DNA of 64,000 bases from Chloroflexota bacterium (lineage in GTDB: Bacteria > Chloroflexota > Dehalococcoidia > SM23-28-2 > RBG-16-64-32), in contig JAJCYV010000022.1 of the NCBI GenBank assembly GCA_029262695.1, forward strand, positions 190,886 through 254,885. Direction: 5' to 3'. The notes below the pieces were generated by a model, which was not told the DNA's origin, did no database searches, and saw only the letters and a list, made by a program, of their open reading frames with translations. The position numbers were made by a program, and so were the translations under genes. Shown in pieces: positions 1-9,749 of this stretch (within the stretch, counting starts at the first letter, position 1; every line of letters begins with the position of its first letter).

Positions 1-1785
1 CTGCGCCTGGACGGCGTCCACCTCAACCAGTACGTCTCGAACACGCTCAACCTGCTTCAAGACATCTCGCTCTCGCTTGAGGGCCGCGAATTCGTTGCGC
101 TGGTGGGCGTCAGCGGCGCCGGCAAGTCGACGCTGCTCGACGCGCTCAACGGCTTCCGCCCCGCCCGGGCAGGCCAGGTGCTGGTCAACGGCGTCGACCT
201 CTACGACAACTTCGACGCCTACCGCACGGACCTCGGCTACGTCCCGCAGGACGACATCATCCACAAGGAGCTGCCGGTAGCGCGGGCGCTCAGCTACAGC
301 GCTCAGTTGCGCCTGCCCCCGGACACGACTAAGACCGAGCGCGACGAGCGCATTGAAGAGGTGATCGCGACCCTGAACCTCAGCGAACGACGCGACGTCC
401 CCATTGCGCGCCTCAGCGGCGGCCAGCGGAAGCGCGTCTCTATCGGCGCCGAACTACTGATGAAGCCCGGCCTCTTCTACCTGGACGAGGCGACATCGGG
501 CCTCGACCCGGGCACGGAGAGCCAGATGATGCGCCTCCTCCGTTCCCTGGCCGACGCCGGGCACACTGTCGTGCTGGTGACGCACGCCACGAAGAACGTG
601 ATGCTCTGCGATCAGGTCGTCTTCCTGGCGAAGGGCGGCCACCTGGCCTGGTACGGCCCGCCGGACGAGGCGCTCAAGTACTTCGAGGTGGAAGACTTCG
701 ACGGCATCTACGTGCGACTCGAAGACGAGCTTTCGCCTGAGGTCTGGGGGCAGAAGTACGCCGAATCGCCGCACTACGACCGCTACGTGCGCCAACGGCT
801 GCGCAAGCACTATCCCAACTTCAGCGAGACGGCGACGGGGGCGGCAGACGTCGCGCCCGCCGAACGCGCGGCTCAGACTCACGCGCAGCCGGCGCCGCGA
901 CAGACCTCGCAGCTGAGCCAGTTCCGCATCCTCTCCGCACGCTATCTGGACGTCGTGAAGCGAGACCGCGTGAACGTGGCGCTACTGCTGGCGATCGCGC
1001 CGGTGCTCGGCCTGATCGACCTCATCGCCTGGCCCCGCAACAACTTCGATCCGGTCGGCGGCGACTCGTTCCGGGTGATGACGATGCTCTTCATGGCGGC
1101 GCTCATCCCCTTCCTCGTCGGCGCGCTCAACTCCGTGCGTGAGATCGTCAAGGAGGCGCCGATCTATAAGCGCGAGCGCGCGGTGACGCTGAAGGTATTC
1201 CCATACCTGTTATCCAAAGTCTGGGTGGGGTTCCTGTTCGCGTTCTATCACGCCGGCGCCCTCTTCGCCGTGAAGCTGATCGCCGTCGACTTCGGGCACG
1301 TGGGCACGACGGAGCTGGCCCAGTTCTACTTCACGCTCACGCTGGCGGCGATGTCCGGCGTTATGTGGGGGCTCCTGATCTCTGTCATCGTCCCGCGCGA
1401 GGAGCAAGCGATGGTGCTTGTGATCGCCGTGATCGTACTCCAGATCGTCTTCTCGGGCGGGTTGATCCCGCTGGGCCCGCTGGGCGCCGGCGGCGACGTC
1501 TTCGGCGGCGTCACCAGCACAAAGTGGTCTTTCCAGGCGCTGACGGCGGCCTCCCACGTGAAGTCAGGCGAGTGTGATGGCCCATCGCTGGCGAACTGCA
1601 ACTTACCAGGCCTGAAATCGTATTCAACTGAGGAGCAAAAGCGGGTCGCGCTCGACCCGATCGACGAGCGGTTCGAAGACGTCTTCGGCGCAGACGTCTA
1701 CGTGACCTGGGCAGCGATGGGGATCATCATCGGAGCGCTGTTCGTGATCATCGTCGTCCTGCAAAGACGCAAAGACGTCATCTGA
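1..1785 (+). CDS. ABC transporter ATPase-permease fusion (Rv1747-like), 5' end outside window
   Basis: Frame open from base 1; Walker A GVSGAGKST, LSGGQ signature, YLDEATSGLD, followed by an ABC-2 membrane domain (REIVKE..IYKRER). Confidence 0.9.
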   Translation: MRLDGVHLNQYVSNTLNLLQDISLSLEGREFVALVGVSGAGKSTLLDALNGFRPARAGQVLVNGVDLYDNFDAYRTDLGYVPQDDIIHKELPVARALSYSAQLRLPPDTTKTERDERIEEVIATLNLSERRDVPIARLSGGQRKRVSIGAELLMKPGLFYLDEATSGLDPGTESQMMRLLRSLADAGHTVVLVTHATKNVMLCDQVVFLAKGGHLAWYGPPDEALKYFEVEDFDGIYVRLEDELSPEVWGQKYAESPHYDRYVRQRLRKHYPNFSETATGAADVAPAERAAQTHAQPAPRQTSQLSQFRILSARYLDVVKRDRVNVALLLAIAPVLGLIDLIAWPRNNFDPVGGDSFRVMTMLFMAALIPFLVGALNSVREIVKEAPIYKRERAVTLKVFPYLLSKVWVGFLFAFYHAGALFAVKLIAVDFGHVGTTELAQFYFTLTLAAMSGVMWGLLISVIVPREEQAMVLVIAVIVLQIVFSGGLIPLGPLGAGGDVFGGVTSTKWSFQALTAASHVKSGECDGPSLANCNLPGLKSYSTEEQKRVALDPIDERFEDVFGADVYVTWAAMGIIIGALFVIIVVLQRRKDVI

Positions 1786-4783
1786 CCACAGCCCGCCGCG
1801 GGCGGGCTCTCATGATGTACTCGAGAACGGTCACGCTGCCGTCCAGTTCGATCATGTCGCTGAAGGAGACGTCCGAGCCGTCGAGCTTCTCCAATGCCCA
1901 CGCGAACACGAAGAGATCACTGTAGAGGACATCGGCGTAGAAGAGATCGGCCACGCCGAATGTGACGGTGCCGATTGTGACGATGCCGCTTTCGTTGGCG
2001 GTCCCGTTGAAGTTGACGCTACCGGGGCCCAAGGATTCGGCGCACGAGCCACCATGCCAATCGCTGCATTCAACCACCTCGAGGACGGTCGGGTCGTAGT
2101 CGATGTCGATGTCGTAATAGCCAAGTCCGCCAGACTGCGTGTCGACATCGATGAACATCACCACAGTCTCGTTCGGGAAGATGAAGACGTCGGCGGCGTA
2201 GGAGGCATCGGTGATGTCGATCGTGTACACCTCGGCCACCGTCGGCGCCGTCACTTCGATCGACAACGCCCCATCGCCGCAGCCAGCCTCGTTGCAGGCC
2301 GCGAAACCGATGAATTTCGTGCCCGCGGAGCTGTACGAGGTCGAGAAGGAGGAGCCGGTACCCAACGACGGCGACCCACCCGAGGCGTCCCAGGCGTAAG
2401 CCGTGACCGCGCCGCTGACCGATGAGTTGCAGGTGACCGTCTGCCCGGTCTGGACGGTCGTGGGTGAGCAACCCAGCGAGTTGACGACAGGCGCAGACGG
2501 CGCCGCTGTCGGAGGGGCCGTGGGTGCCGCTGTCGGAGGGGCCGTAGGCGCCGCTGTCGCGCCCGCCGAGACGAAGATCACCTGGGAAGCGCTGTCACAA
2601 CCTTCGTCGCTGCAAGCCTGCAGAGTTATCGTTTTCGACCCCGACGAACCGTACGAAGTGGAGAACGTGCCGCCGCCGCCGGAGCCGGGCGATCCCCCCG
2701 ACGCCGACCACGAACGCGAACTGACGGCTCCGCTGATCGACGGCGAGCAACTGACAGTCTGCCCGGTAGTGACGGACGCCGGCGAGCAGCCAGGCGACTG
2801 GACCACCGGCGGCTGGCCCGGTGCCGCGGTGGGAGCCGGCGTTGTCGTTCCGCCCGAGGCCGTTGGCGACCCGCCTGGCGAGGCGCTCCCCGATGCGCTC
2901 GGCGAAGGCGTCGTCTGCGGCGTGGCCGTGATCTCCGCCAGAATATTCTCAATGCGGGCCGCCATGTTGGCCGCGATCTCTGCGGCGAAGGACTGGTGCT
3001 CCGGGCTATCAAAGTGGGCGATCAGAACGCGGCCCAGGATCGTCTCGTGCGTGAACCCAACGGCCGTGACGGTGAACTCACGCTCGGTGTCGCCGTCGGT
3101 CTGGTGGATCAGTTGCTCCACGCCGGTGGCGTCGCCGCCCATGCCGGCCGGGTTGAAGTCGTCGCTTTCCAATATCTCGTCTTCAGGACAGCCGCCCAGC
3201 ACTATCTGGCTGGCGGGATTGGCGATGAACTCGCTCAGCGCGTCCGCTGCGGCGGCATCGTCCGCGAAGTTATCGACACCCTCGACCAGCGCGAACGTAC
3301 CGCTCTCCGTCGCCAGGCTGGGCTCGAACTCGTACTGGTTGGCATACGACTCAACGGGCGCCGGTACGGACGTCGTGGTTGTCGTGGTTGTCGTGGTTGT
3401 CGTGGGCGCCGGACAGGAGGGCCCGAGGTTCGCTCCTCTGCTCACGTAGCCGGAGACGTCCGGGTTCAGCTGAAACGCCGAGTACTCCGCGCCCAGCTCG
3501 AACTGGCTCGGCATCATGCGCCGCAGCCCGTCACGCCCGATCGTCACCGCCTGCCCAGAGCCCCCGCCGTTGCCCCCGCCGTTGCCCCCACCGCCAAGAT
3601 TGCCCAGAAGGACGAGCGCCACGACGGCGGCCGCAGCGACGATGAGGCCGCCACCGGCGGCAGGGATCCACGATGGCAGTCCACGCTGGCGAGGCGGTGG
3701 CGCCGGACGCGTCCGCCCGCGGCCGGCCGGTGGCTCCGCGGCCTTCGGCGTCTCCCCGGCGGGCTGTTCCGGCTCCTTCTTAACGGGGGTTGCCTCCACA
3801 GGCGTCGCAGCCTGCGTTGGCGGTGTCTTTTCCGGCTCCGCCGCCGGGGGCTCTTCCGGCGGCACCACCTGCGTGGCGGCGCTCAGGTCTTCAGCCTTCG
3901 GCGCCTGCTCCGGCTCCGGCGCGACGATCGTCGGAGCGTCGGCGGCCGCCAGCCCCAGGCGTGAGGCGGCCTTCTCCAGCTCGCCGGCGAGCAGCGTGCA
4001 CGACTGGTAGCGGTCGTTGGGTTCCTTCTTCAGGCACTTGACGATGATCTCGCGCAGCTCCGACGGGATCGATTGCAGTTCGTCCGTCGGCAGCTCCGTC
4101 TCCGCGTGGTGACGGAGGACCTCCAGCGGGTCGCCACCGAACGGCGGGTGCCCGGTGATCGAATGAAAAAGCGTCGCGCCGAGCGAATAGACGTCGCTCC
4201 GGTTGTCGGCGCGGCCAAGAGCGAGTTCTGGCGCGGCGTAGAAAAGCGTGCCGATGAAGGCGCCGGGCATCGTCAGCGTGCCGCTGCTCAGCTGCTTGGC
4301 GATTCCAAAGTCGGCGACTTTGACGGTGTCACCGGCCCCCAGGAGGATGTTGTCCGGCTTGATATCGCGGTGAACGATGCCGCGCGCCTCGGCCTCTTCC
4401 AGTGCGCGGGCAGTCTGCGCGCCGATCCGCAGGGCCCGAGCGGCGGAAAGCGGCGCAGCGGCGATCGCCTCCTTGAGGCTCTGGCCCTCGATGAACTCCA
4501 TGATGATGAAATAGCGCCCTTCGGCGACGCCGTAGTCGAGGAGCCGGACGACGTAGGGAGAGCGAAGGAGCGCGCCCACGTGCGCCTCACGCTCGAAACG
4601 CTCGCGGAACGACTCATCCTCCGCCAGGTGCGGATGAAGGAGCTTGATGGCGACCGAACTGTCGTCGCGGCGGTCCTTGCCCCGGTAGACAACGCCCATG
4701 CCGCCGCCACCGATGGCAGCGCCGACCGAGTAGTGGGTTATCTTCTTCGGAACCTTCTGGCCGCGATAGTTCTTATCCGCCAT
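1778..4783 (-). CDS. Membrane Hanks-type Ser/Thr kinase with sensor domain, two PKD-like repeats and C-terminal cohesin-like domain
   Basis: IGGGGMGVVY, VAIK, HRDIKPDN, DFGIA, YAAPE; TM helix; two CSP..V.TGQTV.C repeats; C-terminal GLGYYDIDIDYDPTVLEVV...TIGTVTF. Confidence 0.9.
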   Translation of the reverse strand: MADKNYRGQKVPKKITHYSVGAAIGGGGMGVVYRGKDRRDDSSVAIKLLHPHLAEDESFRERFEREAHVGALLRSPYVVRLLDYGVAEGRYFIIMEFIEGQSLKEAIAAAPLSAARALRIGAQTARALEEAEARGIVHRDIKPDNILLGAGDTVKVADFGIAKQLSSGTLTMPGAFIGTLFYAAPELALGRADNRSDVYSLGATLFHSITGHPPFGGDPLEVLRHHAETELPTDELQSIPSELREIIVKCLKKEPNDRYQSCTLLAGELEKAASRLGLAAADAPTIVAPEPEQAPKAEDLSAATQVVPPEEPPAAEPEKTPPTQAATPVEATPVKKEPEQPAGETPKAAEPPAGRGRTRPAPPPRQRGLPSWIPAAGGGLIVAAAAVVALVLLGNLGGGGNGGGNGGGSGQAVTIGRDGLRRMMPSQFELGAEYSAFQLNPDVSGYVSRGANLGPSCPAPTTTTTTTTTTTSVPAPVESYANQYEFEPSLATESGTFALVEGVDNFADDAAAADALSEFIANPASQIVLGGCPEDEILESDDFNPAGMGGDATGVEQLIHQTDGDTEREFTVTAVGFTHETILGRVLIAHFDSPEHQSFAAEIAANMAARIENILAEITATPQTTPSPSASGSASPGGSPTASGGTTTPAPTAAPGQPPVVQSPGCSPASVTTGQTVSCSPSISGAVSSRSWSASGGSPGSGGGGTFSTSYGSSGSKTITLQACSDEGCDSASQVIFVSAGATAAPTAPPTAAPTAPPTAAPSAPVVNSLGCSPTTVQTGQTVTCNSSVSGAVTAYAWDASGGSPSLGTGSSFSTSYSSAGTKFIGFAACNEAGCGDGALSIEVTAPTVAEVYTIDITDASYAADVFIFPNETVVMFIDVDTQSGGLGYYDIDIDYDPTVLEVVECSDWHGGSCAESLGPGSVNFNGTANESGIVTIGTVTFGVADLFYADVLYSDLFVFAWALEKLDGSDVSFSDMIELDGSVTVLEYIMRARPRRAVVR

Positions 4784-4888
4784 CTGACTCCCTACCCTCC
4801 TTCAGCTACCAGACTTATAAAGGCTATACGGTGGCAGGTCAAACGCGGACGCAGCTGCCTTCGCCAATCCTCATATAATCTAGGAGCC

Positions 4889-5545
4889 ATGCCCGCCATC
4901 GAGGACGCTCCCGACACCATCGTTCCCGAGGCCTACCTCGTGGTCGCGAGTGAGGGGACGCGGCGCCAGGTCCACCGCCTGGAGAGCGTGCCCGCAACGA
5001 TCGGGCGCTCACCTGACGCCGATGTGCTGATCAACGACCCGCGCGTCTCACGCGCCCACGCCCGCATCGGCTTCGCCGGCGGAAGATTCGTCCTCGAAGA
5101 CCTCGGCAGCACCAACGGAACGTTGCTCAACGGCGAACCGCTGTCGGCACCGGCGGTGCTCACCGAGGGCGACGCAATCTCGCTCGCCGGTGTGCGCGCC
5201 GAGTTCCAGGTCAACGCGCCGACCGTTGTTATGAGCGCGCCGCCCGCGGCGCCCGGCCTGCATATAGACCTCTCGACGCACGAGGTGAAGGTCGACGGTA
5301 AGCCCGTCAAGCTGAGCCCGAAAGAGTACCTGTTCCTCGCCGCGCTCCGCCACCGCGCCGGCAGCGTCGTAGCGCACTCGGATCTGGCCCGCGAAGTGTG
5401 GCCGGACGTCGCCGAAGGCGTCTCGGACGAGAACATCCATCAGTTGGCCACTCGCCTCAGGCGCAAACTCGAAGATAACGCTGAGGGCCCTCGGTACGTC
5501 TTAACTGTAAAGGGCTTCGGCTACCGGCTCGCTGCAGACTCCTGA
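4889..5545 (+). CDS. FHA domain + OmpR-type winged-helix transcription regulator
   Basis: ATG 4889 after TATAAT (4874) and AGGAG; FHA motifs IGR/SRAHA/STNGT; Trans_reg_C motifs LSPKEY, RLRRKLE, TVKGFGYR. Confidence 0.9.
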   Translation: MPAIEDAPDTIVPEAYLVVASEGTRRQVHRLESVPATIGRSPDADVLINDPRVSRAHARIGFAGGRFVLEDLGSTNGTLLNGEPLSAPAVLTEGDAISLAGVRAEFQVNAPTVVMSAPPAAPGLHIDLSTHEVKVDGKPVKLSPKEYLFLAALRHRAGSVVAHSDLAREVWPDVAEGVSDENIHQLATRLRRKLEDNAEGPRYVLTVKGFGYRLAADS

Positions 5546-5551
5546 TACGGC

Positions 5552-5580
5552 GTCAGGCGATCGTCAGGCAACTGTCAGGC
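5552..5580 (+). promoter_or_regulatory. Three GTCAGGC direct repeats at 11-bp period (winged-helix binding site)
   Basis: GTCAGGC at 5552, 5563 and 5574, upstream of the PP2C gene. Confidence 0.7.
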
Positions 5581-5640
5581 GAACGCTCTGTGTGTCCCGG
5601 CGAAGGGCCGTTAACCTGAAGGCAGAGGAGATTCTAGACT

Positions 5641-6408
5641 TTGATTAGATGGCTCTTGGGCCGCGGCTCACAGCGCGGCAACGGCACCGGTGCGACCGTC
5701 GCGCCGGAGTTCGTCGCGCTCACCGACGTCGGCGTCAAGCGAAACGAGAATCAGGACGCCGTACTGGCGAAGCGCCTGCCGGACGCACGCCTCCTACTGG
5801 CCGTTGCCGACGGCGTCGGCGGCTCCGATGGCGGCGCCGCCGCCAGCCAGCTGGCAGTTGGGTGGCTGGAGTGGGGCGTCAGTACCACAGCGGACGCCGC
5901 CGCCGGCCTCAGCAAGGCGTACGCCTCAGCCGACGAAGCGGTCGACGGCCTGGGCAGCGGCAAGCGCAAGCCGGCGACGACTCTGGTGGCGGCGCTCGTC
6001 GACGGCCCGCAGGTCTGGATCGCCAACGTCGGCGACAGCCGCGCCTGGATCATGGGCGACGGCGGCCTGCGCCAGCTGACGGAAGACCACTCCTGGGTGG
6101 CGGACCAGGTGCGCGCCGGCAGGCTGACGCCGGAAGAGGCGCGCACGAGCCAGATGCGCAACGTCATCACCCGCGCCATCGGCACGGGTGATACAGCGGC
6201 GCCAGACCTCACCGGCCCCCTGACGCTCACGCCAGGTGAAACGCTGGTCCTAACGTCCGACGGCCTGCACGGCCTGCTCAGCGAAGCCGAGATCGCGGCC
6301 GTAATCGCCTCAGACGAGCTGGAGGACGCCGCACGGCGCCTGATCCAGATGGCGAACGACGCCGGCGGCCCGGACAACATCTCGGTCGTCATCTACCGCG
6401 CTCCCTGA
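5641..6408 (+). CDS. PP2C-family Ser/Thr phosphatase
   Basis: TDVG.KR.ENQD, VADGVGG, NVGDSR, TSDGL, GGPDNIS. Confidence 0.95.
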   Translation: MIRWLLGRGSQRGNGTGATVAPEFVALTDVGVKRNENQDAVLAKRLPDARLLLAVADGVGGSDGGAAASQLAVGWLEWGVSTTADAAAGLSKAYASADEAVDGLGSGKRKPATTLVAALVDGPQVWIANVGDSRAWIMGDGGLRQLTEDHSWVADQVRAGRLTPEEARTSQMRNVITRAIGTGDTAAPDLTGPLTLTPGETLVLTSDGLHGLLSEAEIAAVIASDELEDAARRLIQMANDAGGPDNISVVIYRAP

Positions 6409-6501
6409 CGCCCGGATCCTCTAACCCGGCGTCTACGAAATTCGCCAACCGTAACCCGGGATACATATCCGCACTCCCCCGGCGGTCGTATGATAGTGGA
6501 G

Positions 6502-8277
6502 ATGGCACCGCAATCCACCAACGACCTCAGCATCATGATCGGCGGCGACGCCGGTCAGGGAGTGGAATCGAGTGGTGCTGGATTCGCCCTGGCGCTGGCT
6601 CGCGCCGGCCTCCACGTCTTCGCGCTCCAGGACTACCGCTCTCGCATTCGCGGCGGCCACAACTTCTACCAGGTCCGTGTCGGCGAACGGCCGCTGTACT
6701 CGCACCGCGACCCTGTTGAGCTGCTGCTGGCGCTGACGCCGCAATCGATCCCGCTGCACCTCCACAACATGCAGGAGGGCGCCGCAGTGATCTTCCCGCA
6801 GAAGTGGGAGGACGTCGACGTCAGCCATCTGACGAAGCACGGCCTCAAGGTGGACCGCCTGCCGCTGATGGAGATCGCCGAGCGACACGGCAGCCGCCTC
6901 ATGCTTAACACCGCCGTCCTGGCCGCCGCTTCCGCGCTCACCGGGTTCCCGCTCAAGTACATGGAGCAGGTGATCCGGGAGAACTTCGGGCGCAAGAGCG
7001 AGGAGTTGGCGGACACGAACGCCGCCGTAGCGCAAGAAGCGTACGACGTCACGCTCGATCACTTCGGCGACTCGTTCCCCCACCGCATCAAGCCGATCGA
7101 AGGCGCGCCGAAGCGCATGCTGATGCACGGCAACGAGGCGATCGCTTTCGGAGCACTGGCCGGCGGCTGCCGCTTCATCTCCGCATACCCGATGACGCCC
7201 GCCACCTCGATCATCGAGTGGCTATCCGCCGTACCGGACGACTACGGCATGGTGACCAAGCACGCCGAGGATGAGATCGCCGCCGTCTGCATGGCACTCG
7301 GCGCCTCTTACACCGGCGCTCGGGCGATGACGGCGACGTCCGGCGGCGGCTTCAGCCTGATGGTCGAGGCGATGGGGCTCTCCGGCATGACCGAGGTACC
7401 ACTCGTGATCGTCGAGGCGCAGCGTGGCGGACCGTCCACCGGCCTGCCGACCCGCACCGAGCAAAGCGACCTCCTGTTCATGGTCCACGCCTCGCAGGGT
7501 GAGTTCCCGCGCATCATCACGGCGCCCGGCACGATCGAGCAGTGCTTCGAGGCCGGTTGGCGCGCCTTCAACCTCGCCGACAAGTACCAGTGCCCGGTCG
7601 TCGTTGCCACTGACCAGGCGCTCGCCGCCAACCTCCGCTCGCTGGACATGGACACCGTCGACCCGGAGGCGGTCGAGATCGACCGCGGCGCGACTCTGAC
7701 GCCGGACGACGTCGACACGCTCAGCGAAGAGTACCGGCGCTTCCGCTTTTCGGATGACGGCATCTCCCCGCGGGCGATGCCGGGCCGCGAGACGGCGGTG
7801 CTCACCGTGCCAAGCGACGAACACGACGAACACGGCCACATCAACGAGGAGCCGGAGGTCCGCATCCGCATGATGCAGAAACGGATGCAGAAGCTAAAGA
7901 CAGCCGAAGCGGAGATAAAGCCGCCGCTGCTGTACGGCCCGGAGGACGCCGACCTGACGCTCGTCACCTGGGGCTCGACGACGGGCAACTGCCTTGACGC
8001 CGCCGACGAGATCAACGCCGCCGGCGGCAGCGCCAACGTCCTCCAGTTCATCGACATTTGGCCGATGCCCGTGGATCCGGTGCGTCACGCGCTGGACCGC
8101 TGCCGGCGCAAGGTGGCCGTTGAGCAGAACTACACAGGCCAGCTGGCGCTGCTAATCCGCATGACCACCGGCGTGGCGATGGACGACGTCCTCACGAAAT
8201 ACGACGGACGGCCGTTTTCCCCGCGGGAGATCATCGAAGGCGTGGGAATGGAGGTGGCAAGTGGTAACAAGGCTTGA
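6502..8277 (+). CDS. korA: 2-oxoacid:ferredoxin oxidoreductase alpha subunit
   Basis: GGDAGQG, SRIRGGHN, YPMTPAT, EDEIAA, TATSGGGFSLM, RGGPSTGLPT; upstream ATG at 6490 also possible. Confidence 0.93.
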   Translation: MAPQSTNDLSIMIGGDAGQGVESSGAGFALALARAGLHVFALQDYRSRIRGGHNFYQVRVGERPLYSHRDPVELLLALTPQSIPLHLHNMQEGAAVIFPQKWEDVDVSHLTKHGLKVDRLPLMEIAERHGSRLMLNTAVLAAASALTGFPLKYMEQVIRENFGRKSEELADTNAAVAQEAYDVTLDHFGDSFPHRIKPIEGAPKRMLMHGNEAIAFGALAGGCRFISAYPMTPATSIIEWLSAVPDDYGMVTKHAEDEIAAVCMALGASYTGARAMTATSGGGFSLMVEAMGLSGMTEVPLVIVEAQRGGPSTGLPTRTEQSDLLFMVHASQGEFPRIITAPGTIEQCFEAGWRAFNLADKYQCPVVVATDQALAANLRSLDMDTVDPEAVEIDRGATLTPDDVDTLSEEYRRFRFSDDGISPRAMPGRETAVLTVPSDEHDEHGHINEEPEVRIRMMQKRMQKLKTAEAEIKPPLLYGPEDADLTLVTWGSTTGNCLDAADEINAAGGSANVLQFIDIWPMPVDPVRHALDRCRRKVAVEQNYTGQLALLIRMTTGVAMDDVLTKYDGRPFSPREIIEGVGMEVASGNKA

Positions 8278-9145
8278 CGCCAAGATGTTCGACTCAGAGG
8301 CCGAGAACACCTGGTGCCCGGGCTGCGGTGACTTCGCGATCCTGCGCTCGCTCAAGATGGCACTGACCGACCTCGACATCGCGCCGCACGAGGCGCTCGT
8401 CGTCTCCGGCATCGGCTGCGGCAGCAAGCTGCCGGACTACATGCACGTCAACGGCTACATGACGATGCACGGCCGCCCGCTGCCAGTGGCCACAGGCGCC
8501 AAGCTGGCGAACCCCGACCTGCAGGTGATCGTGGTCGACGGCGACGGCGACGCTTACGGCATCGGCGGCAACCACTTTCTGCACTCCTGCCGCCGCAACC
8601 CGAACATCACCCATATCGTCGAGGACAACCAGATCTACGGCCTGACGAAGGGCCAGTACTCCCCCACCAGCGACCTGGGCTTCGTCACCACGACCTCGCC
8701 CGACGGCGCGATCGAGCGGTCGCTGCTGCCGGTGGCCGTGGCGATCGCCGCCGGCGCCACCTTCATCGCCCGCACTTTCGCCGGCGACCCCAGGCACATG
8801 GCCGCCGTCATCGCTGAGGCGATCAAGCACCAGGGCTACTCACTGGTCGACGTCCTTCAGCCGTGCGTGACGTTCAACCGCGTCAACACGTACGACTGGT
8901 ACCGGCAGCGCGTCTACAAGCTGGAGGATGACTACGACCCAACGGACCTCGACGCCGCACGCGCCAGGGCCTACGAGTGGGCTGACCGTATCCCCCTCGG
9001 TGTCATCTACCGCAACGATGAGGTCCAGACCTACGAGGAGCAGGTGCTGCCGCTGAAGGCCGGCTCACCGCTGGCCAGCACTCTCAAACTGCAGGCGGAG
9101 CCGGCCCCCGGCCAGTACGAGCCGCTGAAAGAGCAGTTCCTCTAA
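8261..9145 (+). CDS. korB: 2-oxoacid:ferredoxin oxidoreductase beta subunit
   Basis: WCPGCG, SGIGC, GDGDAYGIGGNH TPP motif; overlaps korA. Confidence 0.93.
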   Translation: MVTRLDAKMFDSEAENTWCPGCGDFAILRSLKMALTDLDIAPHEALVVSGIGCGSKLPDYMHVNGYMTMHGRPLPVATGAKLANPDLQVIVVDGDGDAYGIGGNHFLHSCRRNPNITHIVEDNQIYGLTKGQYSPTSDLGFVTTTSPDGAIERSLLPVAVAIAAGATFIARTFAGDPRHMAAVIAEAIKHQGYSLVDVLQPCVTFNRVNTYDWYRQRVYKLEDDYDPTDLDAARARAYEWADRIPLGVIYRNDEVQTYEEQVLPLKAGSPLASTLKLQAEPAPGQYEPLKEQFL

Positions 9146-9148
9146 CGG

Positions 9149-9580
9149 ATGGATTACGACAGCTTCCTCGCCGATGTGCAGCAGTGTGGCCGCTTTGGCA
9201 GCCGTGAGGAGACCGCCTTCGTCACCGCTACGGTGCTACGCGCGGTCGCCGAGGTGCTCCCGATGGCCCACGTCGAGAGCTTCGCCGCCAATGTGCCGCA
9301 CGAACTGATGGTCTACCTGCGCGGCGCCCACCAAAAGCCCGACCCCTACTTCGACAGCAACCTCTTCCTCGGCTGGGTCCTGGCGACCGTCGACGTGACC
9401 GGCGGCCGGGACAAGACCGAGGGCGGCCTCGACCTCTTCGTCGCCTACTCCGCGGACGAGGCGATCGATCGTTGTCGCTGCGTCTTCGGCGTGCTCAAGT
9501 CGGCTCTCGACGACGATCAGTCGGAGCTGATCTCAATCCACCTGCCCGATACCATTCAGCAGATCTACGCCGAGTCCTAG
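9149..9580 (+). CDS. DUF2267-like protein
   Basis: MDYDSFLA.V..., two similar helical halves. Confidence 0.65.
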   Translation: MDYDSFLADVQQCGRFGSREETAFVTATVLRAVAEVLPMAHVESFAANVPHELMVYLRGAHQKPDPYFDSNLFLGWVLATVDVTGGRDKTEGGLDLFVAYSADEAIDRCRCVFGVLKSALDDDQSELISIHLPDTIQQIYAES

Positions 9581-9749
9581 ACGGGCGCACTTCGCCTCAG
9601 CCCCTTGATATTCCAGTCCGCTGGAACGCTTATCCCGTTCAGGCACTGCCCGGTTTGGCAGATGAGTGTAATCGGGCATCCGGACGGGACACCCATCGCT
9701 TCTGATACGCTCGAACGAGGCACACGATAGCGACTGCGGGAGGCACACC

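Noticed and set aside
3372-3404. GTCGTGGTT tandem repeat and Pro/Thr repeats (also about 27850-28010 and 36100-36200)
   Set aside because: In-frame low-complexity linkers, not phase-variation tracts
4073-4888. N-terminal extension of the 490-aa ORF
   Set aside because: Antisense to the kinase; -10 and RBS support ATG 4889
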